From: Auanema rhodensis
Lineage: Eukaryota > Animalia > Nematoda
NCBI GenBank assembly: GCA_964057225.1
Contig: OZ059899.1
Coordinates: forward strand, 21,080,001 to 21,144,000
Direction of reading: 5' to 3'
DNA: 64,000 nucleotides
In this document: positions 26,801 through 40,260 of the stretch, piece after piece
Layout: each line of letters begins with the position of its first letter
Position numbering within the stretch: position 1 is the first letter of the stretch
Made by a program: the position numbers and the translations under genes
The notes under the pieces: model-generated
Databases searched by the model: none
What the model saw: only the letters and a program-made list of their open reading frames with translations
Told to the model about the DNA's origin: nothing

Positions 26801-28422
26801 TGCACCGAGATATCAACTAATATAAGTTCACACTTATATCCTCGATTTTCACCCTGAAGAATTAATTTTTTCGTTGAATAACAAAGTCCATCGTCTTTGC
26901 CTTGAAAAAAGAAATCTAGAAACATCTACTTTTTGCTAAATTATTTTGAAATTTTTCGAAAAAATTTTTGTCAAAATGTTTTTGGAAGCAATGTTGAGTG
27001 TACATGGAAACTCAACATACACTAATGCATCATTTTTCAAACGATCATAACTAATTTTTGTATTAAGCGTTTCTCAATGTAGTATAGTGCATTCGATGCG
27101 GATTTTTAAGCTGCGTCGATCTGTGTTATCAGATTTGCGCTAGCTTAAAAATGCACCGAGATATCAACTGATATAAGTTCACACTTATATCCTCGATTTT
27201 CACCCTGAAGAATTAATTTTTTCGTTGAATAACAAAGTCCATCGTCTTTGCCTTGAAAAAAGGAATCTTAAAACATCTACTATTTGCTAAATTATTTTGA
27301 AATTTTTCGAAAAAATTTTTGTCAAAATGTTTTTGGAAGCAATGTTGAGTGTACATGGAAACTCAACATACACTAAGGCATCATTTTTCAAACGATCATA
27401 ACTAATTTTTGTATTAAGCGTTTCTCAATATAGTATAGTGCATTCGATGCGGATTTTTAAGCTGCGTCGATCTGTATTATTAGATTTGCGCTAGCTTAAA
27501 AATGCACCGAGATATCAACTGATATAAGTTCACACTTATATCCTCGATTTTCACCCTGAAGAATTAATTTTTTCGTTGAATAACATTGTCCATCGTCTTT
27601 GCCTTGAAACAAGGAATCTAAAAACATCTACTTTTTGCTAAATTATTTTGAAATTTTTTGAAAAAATTTTTGTCAAAATGTTTTTGGAAGCAATGTTGAC
27701 TGTACATGGAAACTCAACATACACTAATGCATCATTTTTCAAACGATCATAACTAATTTTTGTATTAAGCGTTCCTCAATGTAGTATAGTGCATTCGATG
27801 CGGATTTTCAAGCTGCGTCGATCTGTGTTATCAGATTTGCGCTAGCTTAAAAATGCACCGAGATATCAACTGATATAAGTTCACACTTATATCCTCGATT
27901 TTCACCCTGAAGAATTAATTTTTTCGTTGAATAACATTGTCCATCGTCTTTGCCTTGAAAAAAGGAATCTAAAAACATCTACTTTTTGCTAAATTATTTT
28001 GAAATTTTTTGAAAAAATTTTTGTCAAAATGTTTTTGGAAGCAATGTTGACTGTACATGGAAACTCAACATACACTAATGCATCATTTTTCAAACGATCA
28101 TAACTAATTTTTGTATTAAGCGTTTCTCAATGTAGTATAGTGCATTCGATGCGGATTTTTAAGCTGCGTCGATCTGTGTTATCAGATTTGCGCTAGCTTA
28201 AAAATGCACCGAGATATCAACTAATATAAGTTCACACTTATATCCTCGATTTTCACCCTGAAGAATTAATTTTTTCGTTGAATAACAAAGTCCATCGTCT
28301 TTGCCTTGAAAAAAGAAATCTAGAAACATCTACTTTTTGCTAAATTATTTTGAAATTTTTCGAAAAAATTTTTGTCAAAATGTTTTTGGAAGCAATGTTG
28401 AGTGTACATGGAAACTCAACAT
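23860..28422. repeat. Local higher-order repeat block with 6-mer (2106 bp) and 4-mer (1404 bp) periodicity
   Basis: Variants gaaaCaagg, gttgaCtgt, gttCctc, ttttCaagc and agAaatctaGaaac are confined to this block. The last marker occurs at ~24805, ~26911 and ~28315. Confidence 0.85.
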
Positions 28423-31230
28423 ACACTAAGGCATCATTTCTCAAACGATCATAACTAATTTTTGTATTAAGCGTTTTTCAAAGTAGTATAGTGCATTCGA
28501 TGCGGATTTTTAAGCTGCGTCGATCTGTGTTATCAGATTTGCGCTAGCTTAAAAATGCACCGAGATATCAACTGATATAAGTTCACACATATATCCTCGA
28601 TTTTCACCCTGAAGAATTAATTTTTTCGTTGAATAACATTGTCCATCGTCTTTGCCTTGAAAAAAGGAATCTAAAAACATCTACTTTTTGCTAAATTATT
28701 CTGAAATTTTTCGAAAAAATTTTTGTCAAAATGTTTTTGGAAGCAATGTTGAGTGTACATGGAAACTCAACGTACACTAATGCATCATTTTTCAAACGAT
28801 CATAACTAATTTTTGTATTAAGCGTTTCTCAATGTAGTATAGTGCATTCGATGCGGATTTTTAAGCTGCGTCGATCTGTGTTATCAGATTTGCGCTAGCT
28901 TAAAAATGCACCGAGATATCAACTGATATAAGTTCACATTTATATCCTCGATTTTCACCCTGAAGAATTAATTTTTTCGTTGAATAACATTGTCCATCGT
29001 CTTTGCCTTGAAAAAAGGAATCTAAAAACATCTACTTTCTGCTAAATTATTCTGAAATTTTTTGAAAAAATTTTTGTCAAAATGTTTTTGGAAGCAATGT
29101 TGAGTGTACATGGAAACTCAACGTACACTAATGCATCATTTTTCAAACAATCATAACTAATTTTTGTATTAAGCGTTTCTCAATATAGTATAGTGCATTC
29201 GATGCGGATTTTTAAGCTGCGTCGATCTGTATTATTAGATTTGCGCTAGCTTAAAAATGCACCGAGATATCAACTGATATAAGTTCACACTTATATCCTC
29301 GATTTTCACCCTGAAGAATTAATTTTTTCGTTGAATAACATTGTCCATCGTCTTTGCCTTGAAAAAAGGAATCTAAAAACATCTACTTTTTGCTAAATTA
29401 TCTTGAAATGTTTTGAAAAAATTTTTGTCAAAATGTTTTTGGAAGCAATGTTGAGTGTACATGGAAACTCAACATACACTAAGGCATCATTTTTCAAACA
29501 ATCATAACTAATTTTTGTATTAAGCGTTTCTCAATATAGTATAATGCATTCGATGCGGATTTTTAAGCTGCGTCGATCTGTATTATTAGATTTGCGCTAG
29601 CTTAAAAATGCACCGAGATATCAACTGATATAAGTTCACACTTATATCCTCGATTTTCACCCTGAAGAATTAATTTTTTCGTTGAATAACATTGTCCATC
29701 GTCTTTGCCTTGAAAAAAGGAATCTAAAAACATCTACTTTTCGCTAAATTATTTTGAAATTTTTTTTGAAAAAATTTTTGTCAAAATGTTTTTGGAAGCA
29801 ATGTTGAGTGTACATGGAAACTCAACATACACTTAGGCATCATTTTTCAAACGATCATAACTAATTTTTGTATTAAGCGTTTCTCAATGAGTATAGTGCA
29901 TTCGATGCGGATTTTTAAGCTGCGTCGATCTGTGTTATCAGATTTGCGCTAGCTTAAAAATGCACCGAGATATCAACTAATATAAGTTCACACTTATATC
30001 CTCGATTTTCACCCTGAAGAATTAATTTTTTCGTTGAATAACAAAGTCCATCGTCTTTGCCTTGAAAAAAGGAATCTAAAAACATCTACTATTTGCTAAA
30101 TTATTTTGAAATTTTTCGAAAAAATTTTTGTCAAAATGTTTTTGGAAGCAATGTTGAGTGTACATGGAAACTCAACATACACTAAGGCATCATTTTTCAA
30201 ACGATCATAACTAATTTTTGTATTAAGCGTTTCTCAATATAGTATAGTGCATTCGATGCGGATTTTTAAGCTGCGTCGATCTGTATTATTAGATTTGCGC
30301 TAGCTTAAAAATGCACCGAGATATCAACTAATATAAGTTCACACTTATATCCTCGATTTTCACCCTGAAGAATTAATTTTTTCGTTGAATAACAAAGTCC
30401 ATCGTCTTTGCCTTGAAAAAAGGAATCTTAAAACATCTACTATTTGCTAAATTATTTTGAAATTTTTCGAAAAAATTTTTGTCAAAATGTTTTTGGAAGC
30501 AATGTTGAGTGTACATGGAAACTCAACATACACTAATGCATCATTTTTCAAACGATCATAACTAATTTTTGTATCAAGCGTTTCTCAATGAGTATAGTGC
30601 ATTCGATGCGGATTTTTAAGCTGCGTCGATCTGTGTTATCAGATTTGCGCTAGCTTAAAAATGCACCGAGATATCAACTGATATAAGTTCACACTTATAT
30701 CCTCGATTTTCACCCTGAAGAATTAATTTTTTTGTTGAATAACATTGTCCATCGTCTTTGCCTTGAAAGAAGGAATCTAAAAACATCTACTTTTTGCTAA
30801 ATTATTTTGAAATTTTTTGAAAAAATTTTTGTCAAAATGTTTTTGGAAGCAATGTTGAGTGTACATGGAAACTCAACATACACTAATGCATCATTTTTCA
30901 AACGATCATAACTAATTTTTGTATCAAGCGTTTCTCAATGTAGTATAGTGCATTCGATGCGGATTTTTAAGCTGCGTCGATCTGTGTTATCAGATTTGCG
31001 CTAGCTTAAAAATGCACCGAGATATCAACTGATATAAGTTCACACCTATATCCTCGATTTTCACCCTGAAGAATTAATTTTTTCGTTGAATAACATTGTC
31101 CATCGTCTTTGCCTTGAAAAAAGGAATCTAAAAACATCTACTTTTTGCTAAATTATTTTGAAATTTTTGGAAAAAATTTTTGTCAAAATGTTTTTGGAAG
31201 CAATGTTGAGTGTACATGGAAACTCAACAT

Positions 31231-31489
31231 ACACTAAGGCATCATTTTTCAAACGATCATAACTAATTTTTGTATTAAGCGTTTCTCAATATAGTATAGT
31301 GCACTTATATCCTCGATTTTCACCATGAAGAATTAATTTTTTCGTTGAATAACATTGTCCATCGTCTTTGCCTTGAAAAAAGGAATCTAAAAACATCTAC
31401 TTTTTGCTAAATTATTTTGAAATTTTTCGAAAAAATTTTTGTCAAAATGTTTTTGGAAGCAATGTTGAGTGTACATGGAAACTCAACAT
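31231..31489. repeat. Truncated 259-bp monomer with a 92-bp internal deletion
   Basis: ...tagtgca|cttatatcc... joined at 31303/31304, with monomer positions 74-165 missing. The next monomer starts at 31490. Confidence 0.95.
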
Positions 31490-34400
31490 ACACTAATGCA
31501 TCATTTTTCAAACGATCATAACTAATTTTTGTATTAAGCGTTTCTCAATGTAGTATAGTGCATTCGATGCGGATTTTTAAGCTGCGTCGATCTGTGTTAT
31601 CAGATTTGCGCTACCTTAAAAAAGCACCGAGATATCAACTGATATAAGTTCACACTTATATCCTCGATTTTCACCCTGAAGAATTAATTTTTTCGTTGAA
31701 TAACATTGTCCATCGTCTTCGCCTTGAAAAAAGGAATCTAAAAACATCTACTTTTTGCTAAATTATTTTGAAATTTTTCGAAAAAATTTTTGTCAAAATG
31801 TTTTTGGAAGCAATGTTGAGTGTACATGGAAACTCAACATACACTAATGCATCATTTTTCAAACGATCATAACTAATTTTTGTATTAAGCGTTTCTCAAT
31901 GTAGTATAGTGCATTCGATGCGGATTTTTAAGCTGCGTCGATCTGTGTTATCAGATTTGCGCTACCTTAAAAAAGCACCGAGATATCAACTGATATAAGT
32001 TCACACTTATATCCTCGATTTTCACCCTGAAGAATTATTTTTTTCGTTGAATAACATTGTCCATCGTCTTTGCCTTGAAAGAAGGAATCTAAAAACATCT
32101 ACTTTTTGCTAAATTATTTTGAAATTTTTTGAAAAAATTTTTGTCAAAATGTTTTTGGAAGCAATGTTGAGTGTACATGGAAACTCAACATACACTAATG
32201 CATCATTTTTCGAACGATCATAACTAATTTTTGTATCAAGCGTTTCTCAATAAGTATAGTGCATTCGATGCGGATTTTTAAGCTGCGTCGATCTGTGTTA
32301 TCAGATTTGCGCTAGCTTAAAAATGCACCGAGATATCAACTGATATAAGTTCACACTTATATCCTCGATTTTCACCCTGAAGAATTAATTTTTTCGTTGA
32401 ATAACATTGTCCATCGTCTTTGCCTTGAAAAAAGGAATCTAAAAACATCTACTTTTTGCTAAATTATTTTGAAATTTTTCGAAAAAATTTTTGTCAAAAT
32501 GTTTTTGGAAGCAATGTTGAGTGTACATAGAAACTCAACGTACACTAATGCATCATTTTTCAAACGATCATAACTAATTTTTGTATTAAGCGTTTCTCAA
32601 TGTAGTATAGTGCATTCGATGCGGATTTTTAAGCTGCGTCGATCTGTGTTATCAGATTTGCGCTAGCTTAAAAATGCACCGAGATATCAACTGATATAAG
32701 TTCACACTTATATCCTCGATTTTCACCCTGAAAAATTAATTTTTTCGTTGAATAACATTGTCCATCGTCTTTGCCTTGAAAAAAGGAATCTAAAAACATC
32801 TACTTTTTGCTAAATTATTTTGAAATTTTTCGAAAAAATTTTTGTCAAAATGTTTTTGGAAGCAATGTTGAGTGTACATAGAAACTCAACGTACACTAAT
32901 GCATCATTTTTCAAACGATCATAACTAATTTTTGTATTAAGCGTTTCTCAATGTAGTATAGTGCATTCGATGCGGATTTTTAAGCTGCGTCGATCTGTGT
33001 TATCAGATTTGCGCTAGCTTAAAAATGCACCGAGATATCAACTGATATAAGTTCACACTTATATCCTCGATTTTCACCCTGAAGAATTAATTTTTTCGTT
33101 GAATAACAAAGTCCATCGTCTTTGCCTTGAAAAAAGGAATCTTAAAACATCTACTATTTGCTAAATTATTTTGAAATTTTTCGAAAAAATTTTTGTCAAA
33201 ATGTTTTTGGAAGCAATGTTGAGTGTACATGGAAACTCAACATACACTAAGGCATCATTTTTCAAACGATCATAACTAATTTTTGTATTAAGCGTTTCTC
33301 AATATAGTATAGTGCATTCGATGCGGATTTTTAAGCTGCGTCGATCTGTATTATTAGATTTGCGCTAGCTTAAAAATGCACCGAGATATCAACTGATATA
33401 AGTTCACACTTATATCCTCGATTTTCACCCTGAAGAATTAATTTTTTCGTTGAATAACATTGTCCATCGTCTTTGCCTTGAAAAAAGGAATCTAAAAACA
33501 TCTACTTTTTGCTAAATTATTTTGAAATTTTTTGAAAAAATTTTTGTCAAAATGTTTTTGGAAGCAATGTTGAGTGTACATGGAAACTCAACATACACTA
33601 ATGCATCATTTTTCAAACGATCATAACTAATTTTTGTATCAAGCGTTTCTCAATGTAGTATAGTGCATTCGATGCGGATTTTTAAGCTGCGTCGATCTGT
33701 GTTATCAGATTTGCGCTAGCTTAAAAATGCACCGAGATATCAACTAATATAAGTTCACACTTATATCCTCGATTTTCACCCTGAAGAATTAATTTTTTCG
33801 TTGAATAACAAAGTCCATCGTCTTTGCCTTGAAAAAAGGAATCTAAAAACATCTACTTTTTGCTAAATTATTTTGAAATTTTTCGAAAAAATTTTTGTCA
33901 AAATGTTTTTGGAAGCAATGTTGAGTGTACATAGAAACTCAACGTACACTAATGCATCATTTTTCAAACGATCATAACTAATTTTTGTATTAAGCGTTTC
34001 TCAATGTAGTATAGTGCATTCGATGCGGATTTTTAAGCTGCGTCGATCTGTGTTATCAGATTTGTGCTAGCTTAAAAATGCACCGAGATATCAACTGATA
34101 TAAGTTCACACTTATATCCTCGATTTTCACCCTGAAGAATTAATTTTTTCGTTGAATAACATTGTCCATCGTCTTTGCCTTGAAAAAAGGAATCTAAAAA
34201 CATCTACTTTTTGCTAAATTATTTTGAAATTTTTTGAAAAAATTTTTGTCAAAATGTTTTTGGAAGCAATGTTGAGTGTACATGGAAACTCAACATACAC
34301 TAATGCATCATTTTTCAAACGATCATAACTAATTTTTGTATCAAGCGTTTCTCAATGTAGTATAGTGCATTCGATGCGGATTTTTAAGCTGCGTCGATCT

Positions 34401-36050
34401 GTGTTATCAGATTTGCGCTAGCTTAAAAATGCACCGAGATATCAACTAATATAAGTTCACACTTATATCCTCGATTTTCACCCTGAAGAATTAATTTTTT
34501 CGTTGAATAACAAAGTCCATCGTCTTTGCCTTGAAAAAAGGAATCTAAAAACATCTACTTTTTGCTAAATTATTTTGAAATTTTTCGAAAAAATTTTTGT
34601 CAAAATGTTTTTGGAAGCAATGTTGAGTGTACATGGAAACTCAACGTACACTAATGCATCATTTTTCAAACGATCATAACTTATTTTTGTATCAAGCGTT
34701 TCTCAATAAGTATAGTGCATTCGATGCGGATTTTTAAGCTGCGTCGATCTGTGTTATCAGATTTGCGCTAGCTTAAAAATGCACCGAGATATCAACTGAT
34801 ATAAGTTCACACTTATATCCTCGATTTTCACCCTGAAGAATTAATTTTTTCGTTGAATAACATTGTCCATCGTCTTTGCCTTGAAAAAAGGAATCTAAAA
34901 ACATCTACTTTTTGCTAAATTATTTTGAAATTTTTTGAAAAAATTTTTGTCAAAATGTTTTTGGAAGCAATGTTGAGTGTACATGGAAACTCAACATACA
35001 CTAATGCATCATTTTTCAAACGATCATAACTAATTTTTGTATCAAGCGTTTCTCAATGTAGTATAGTGCATTCGATGCGGATTTTTAAGCTGCGTCGATC
35101 TGTGTTATCAGATTTGCGCTAGCTTAAAAATGCACCGAGATATCAACTAATATAAGTTCACACTTATATCCTCGATTTTCACCCTGAAGAATTAATTTTT
35201 TCGTTGAATAACAAAGTCCATCGTCTTTGCCTTGAAAAAAGGAATCTAAAAACATCTACTTTTTGCTAAATTATTTTGAAATTTTTCGAAAAAATTTTTG
35301 TCAAAATGTTTTTGGAAGCAATGTTGAGTGTACATAGAAACTCAACGTACACTAATGCATCATTTTTCAAACGATCATAACTAATTTTTGTATTAAGCGT
35401 TTCTCAATGTAGTATAGTGCATTCGATGCGGATTTTTAAGCTGCGTCGATCTGTGTTATCAGATTTGTGCTAGCTTAAAAATGCACCGAGATATCAACTG
35501 ATATAAGTTCACACTTATATCCTCGATTTTCACCCTGAAGAATTAATTTTTTCGTTGAATAACATTGTCCATCGTCTTTGCCTTGAAAAAAGGAATCTAA
35601 AAACATCTACTTTTTGCTAAATTATTTTGAAATTTTTTGAAAAAATTTTTGTCAAAATGTTTTTGGAAGCAATGTTGAGTGTACATGGAAACTCAACATA
35701 CACTAATGCATCATTTTTCAAACGATCATAACTAATTTTTGTATTAAGCGTTTCTCAATGTAGTATAGTGCATTCGATGCGGATTTTTAAGCTGCGTCGA
35801 TCTGTGTTATCAGATTTGCGCTAGCTTAAAAATGCACCGAGATATCAACTGATATAAGTTCACACTTATATCCTCAATTTTCACCCTGAAGAATTAATTT
35901 TTTCGTTGAATAACATTGTCCATCGTCTTTGCCTTGAAAAAAGGAATCTAAAAACATCTACTTTTTGCTAAATTATTTTGAAATTTTTTGAAAAAATTTT
36001 TGTCAAAATGTTTTTGGAAGCAATGTTGAGTGTACATGGAAACTCAACAT

Positions 36051-39000
36051 ACACTAATGCATCATTTTTCAAACGATCATAACTAATTTTTGTATTACGC
36101 GTTTCTCAATGTAGTATAGTGCATTCGATGCGGATTTTTAAGCTGCGTCGATCTGTGTTATCAGATTTGCGCTAGCTTAAAAATGCACCGAGATATCAAC
36201 TAATATAAGTTCACACTTATATCCTCGATTTTCACCCTGAAGAATTAATTTTTTCGTTGAATAACAAAGTCCATCGTCTTTGCCTTGAAAAAAGGAATCT
36301 AAAAACATCTACTTTTTGCTAAATTATTTTGAAATTTTTCGAAAAAATTTTTGTCAAAATGTTTTTGGAAGCAATGTTGAGTGTACATGGAAACTCAACG
36401 TACACTAATGCATCATTTTTCAAACGATCATAACTTATTTTTGTATCAAGCGTTTCTCAATAAGTATAGTGCATTCGATGCGGATTTTTAAGCTGCGTCG
36501 ATCTGTGTTATCAGATTTGCGCTAGCTTAAAAATGCACCGAGATATCAACTGATATAAGTTCACACTTATATCCTCGATTTTCACCCTGAAGAATTAATT
36601 TTTTCGTTGAATAACATTGTCCATCGTCTTTGCCTTGAAAAAAGGAATCTAAAAACATCTACTTTTTGCTAAATTATTTTGAAATTTTTCGAAAAAATTT
36701 TTGTCAAAATGTTTTTGGAAGCAATGTTGAGTGTACATGGAAACTCAACGTACACTAATGCATCATTTTTCAAACGATCATAACTAATTTTTGTATTAAG
36801 CGTTTCTCAATGTAGTATAGTGCATTCGATGCGGATTTTTAAGCTGCGTCGATCTGTGTTATCAGATTTGCGCTAGCTTAAAAATGCACCGAGATATCAA
36901 CTGATATAAGTTCACACTTATATCCTCGATTTTCACCCTGAAGAATTAATTTTTTCGTTGAATAACATTGTCCATCGTCTTTGCCTTGAAAAAAGGAATC
37001 TAAAAACATCTACTTTTTGCTAAATTATTTTGAAATTTTTTGAAAAAATTTTTGTCAAAATGTTTTTGGAAGCAATGTTGAGTGTACATGGAAACTCAAC
37101 ATACACTAATGCATCATTTTTCAAACGATCATAACTAATTTTTGTATTACGCGTTTCTCAATGTAGTATAGTGCATTCGATGCGGATTTTTAAGCTGCGT
37201 CGATCTGTGTTATCAGATTTGCGCTAGCTTAAAAATGCACCGAGATATCAACTAATATATGTTCACACTTATATCCTCGATTTTCACCCTGAAGAATTAA
37301 TTTTTTCATTGAATAACATTGTCCATCGTCTTTGCCTTGAAAAAAGGAATCTAAAAACATCTACTTTTTGCTAAATTATTTTGAAATTTTTCGAAAAAAT
37401 TTTTGTCAAAATGTTTTTGGAAGCAATGTTGAGTGTACATGGAAACTCAACGTACACTAATGCATCATTTTTCAAACGATCATAACTAATTTTTGTATTA
37501 AGCGTTTCTCAAAGTAGTATAGTGCATTCGATGCGGATTTTTAAGCTGCGTCGATCTGTGTTATCAGATTTGCGCTAGCTTAAAAATGCACCGAGATATC
37601 AACTGATATAAGTTCACACTTATATCCTTGATTTTCACCCTGAAGAATTAATTTTTTCGTTGAATAACATTGTCCATCGTCTTTGCCTTGAAAAAAGGAA
37701 TCTAAAAACATCTACTTTTTGCTAAATTATTTTGAAAATTTTTGAAAAAATTTTTGTCAAAATGTTTTTGGAAGCAATGTTGAGTGTACATGGAAACTCA
37801 ACATACACTAATGCATCATTTTTCAAACGATCATAACTAATTTTTGTATTAAGCGTTTCTCAATGTAGTATAGTGCATTCGATGCGGATTTTTAAGCTGC
37901 GTCGATCTTTGTTATCAGATTTGCGCTAGCTTAAAAATGCACCGAGATATCAACTGATATAAGTTCACACTTATATCCTTGATTTTCACCCTGAAGAATT
38001 AATTTTTTCGTTGAATAACATTGTCCATCGTCTTTGCCTTGAAAAAAGGAATCTAATAACATCTACTTTTTGCTAAATTATTTTGAAATTTTTTGAAAAA
38101 ATTTTTGTCAAAATGTTTTTGGAAGCAATGTTGAGTGTACATGGAAACTCAACATACACTAATGCATCATTTTTCAAACGATCATAACTAATTTTTGTAT
38201 CAAGCGTTTCTCAATGTAGTATAGTGCATTCGATGCGGATTTTTAAGCTGCGTCGATCTGTGTTATCAGATTTGCGCTAGCTTAAAAATGCACCGAGATA
38301 TCAACTAATATAAGTTCACACTTATATCCTCGATTTTCACCCTGAAGAATTAATTTTTTCGTTGAATAACAAAGTCCATCGTCTTTGCCTTGAAAAAAGG
38401 AATCTAAAAACATCTACTTTTTGCTAAATTATTTTGAAATTTTTCGAAAAAATTTTTGTCAAAATGTTTTTGGAAGCAATGTTGAGTGTACATGGAAACT
38501 CAACGTACACTAATGCATCATTTTTCAAACGATCATAACTAATTTTTGTATTAAGCGTTTCTCAATGTAGTATAGTGCATTCGATGCGGATTTTTAAGCT
38601 GCGTCGATCTGTGTTATCAGATTTGCGCTAGCTTAAAAATGCACCGAGATATCAACTGATATAAGTTCACACTTATATCCTCGATTTTCACCCTGAAGAA
38701 TTAATTTTTTCGTTGAATAACATTGTCCATCGTCTTTGCCTTGAAAAAAGGAATCTAAAAACATCTACTTTTTGCTAAATTATTTTGAAATTTTTTGAAA
38801 AAATTTTTGTCAAAATGTTTTTGGAAGCAATGTTGAGTGTACATGGAAACTCAACATACACTAATGCATCATTTTTCAAACGATCATAACTAATTTTTGT
38901 ATTACGCGTTTCTCAATGTAGTATAGTGCATTCGATGCGGATTTTTAAGCTGCGTCGATCTGTGTTATCAGATTTGCGCTAGCTTAAAAATGCACCGAGA

Positions 39001-40260
39001 TATCAACTAATATAAGTTCACACTTATATCCTCGATTTTCACCCTGAAGAATTAATTTTTTCGTTGAATAACAAAGTCCATCGTCTTTGCCTTGAAAAAA
39101 GGAATCTAAAAACATCTACTTTTTGCTAAATTATTTTGAAATTTTTCGAAAAAATTTTTGTCAAAATGTTTTTGGAAGCAATGTTGAGTGTACATGGAAA
39201 CTCAACGTACACTAATGCATCATTTTTCAAACGATCATAACTTATTTTTGTATCAAGCGTTTCTCAATAAGTATAGTGCATTCGATGCGGATTTTTAAGC
39301 TGCGTCGATCTGTGTTATCAGATTTGCGCTAGCTTAAAAATGCACCGAGATATCAACTGATATAAGTTCACACTTATATCCTCGATTTTCACCCTGAAGA
39401 ATTAATTTTTTCGTTGAATAACATTGTCCATCGTCTTTGCCTTGAAAAAAGGAATCTAAAAACATCTACTTTTTGCTAAATTATTTTGAAATTTTTCGAA
39501 AAAATTTTTGTCAAAATGTTTTTGGAAGCAATGTTGAGTGTACATGGAAACTCAACGTACACTAATGCATCATTTTTCAAACGATCATAACTAATTTTTG
39601 TATTAAGCGTTTCTCAATGTAGTATAGTGCATTCGATGCGGATTTTTAAGCTGCGTCGATCTGTGTTATCAGATTTGCGCTAGCTTAAAAATGCACCGAG
39701 ATATCAACTGATATAAGTTCACACTTATATCCTCGATTTTCACCCTGAAGAATTAATTTTTTCGTTGAATAACATTGTCCATCGTCTTTGCCTTGAAAAA
39801 AGGAATCTAAAAACATCTACTTTTTGCTAAATTATTTTGAAATTTTTTGAAAAAATTTTTGTCAAAATGTTTTTGGAAGCAATGTTGAGTGTACATGGAA
39901 ACTCAACATACACTAATGCATCATTTTTCAAACGATCATAACTAATTTTTGTATTACGCGTTTCTCAATGTAGTATAGTGCATTCGATGCGGATTTTTAA
40001 GCTGCGTCGATCTGTGTTATCAGATTTGCGCTAGCTTAAAAATGCACCGAGATATCAACTAATATATGTTCACACTTATATCCTCGATTTTCACCCTGAA
40101 GAATTAATTTTTTCATTGAATAACATTGTCCATCGTCTTTGCCTTGAAAAAAGGAATCTAAAAACATCTACTTTTTGCTAAATTATTTTGAAATTTTTCG
40201 AAAAAATTTTTGTCAAAATGTTTTTGGAAGCAATGTTGAGTGTACATGGAAACTCAACGT
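36051..40260. repeat. 4-monomer cassette duplicated at 8-monomer spacing (36051-37453 and 38858-40260)
   Basis: The order [tattaCgcg, acaAAg] - [cTtatt, aataag] - [consensus] - [tattaCgcg, aatataTgtt, ttcAtt] repeats 2807 bp apart. Confidence 0.8.
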
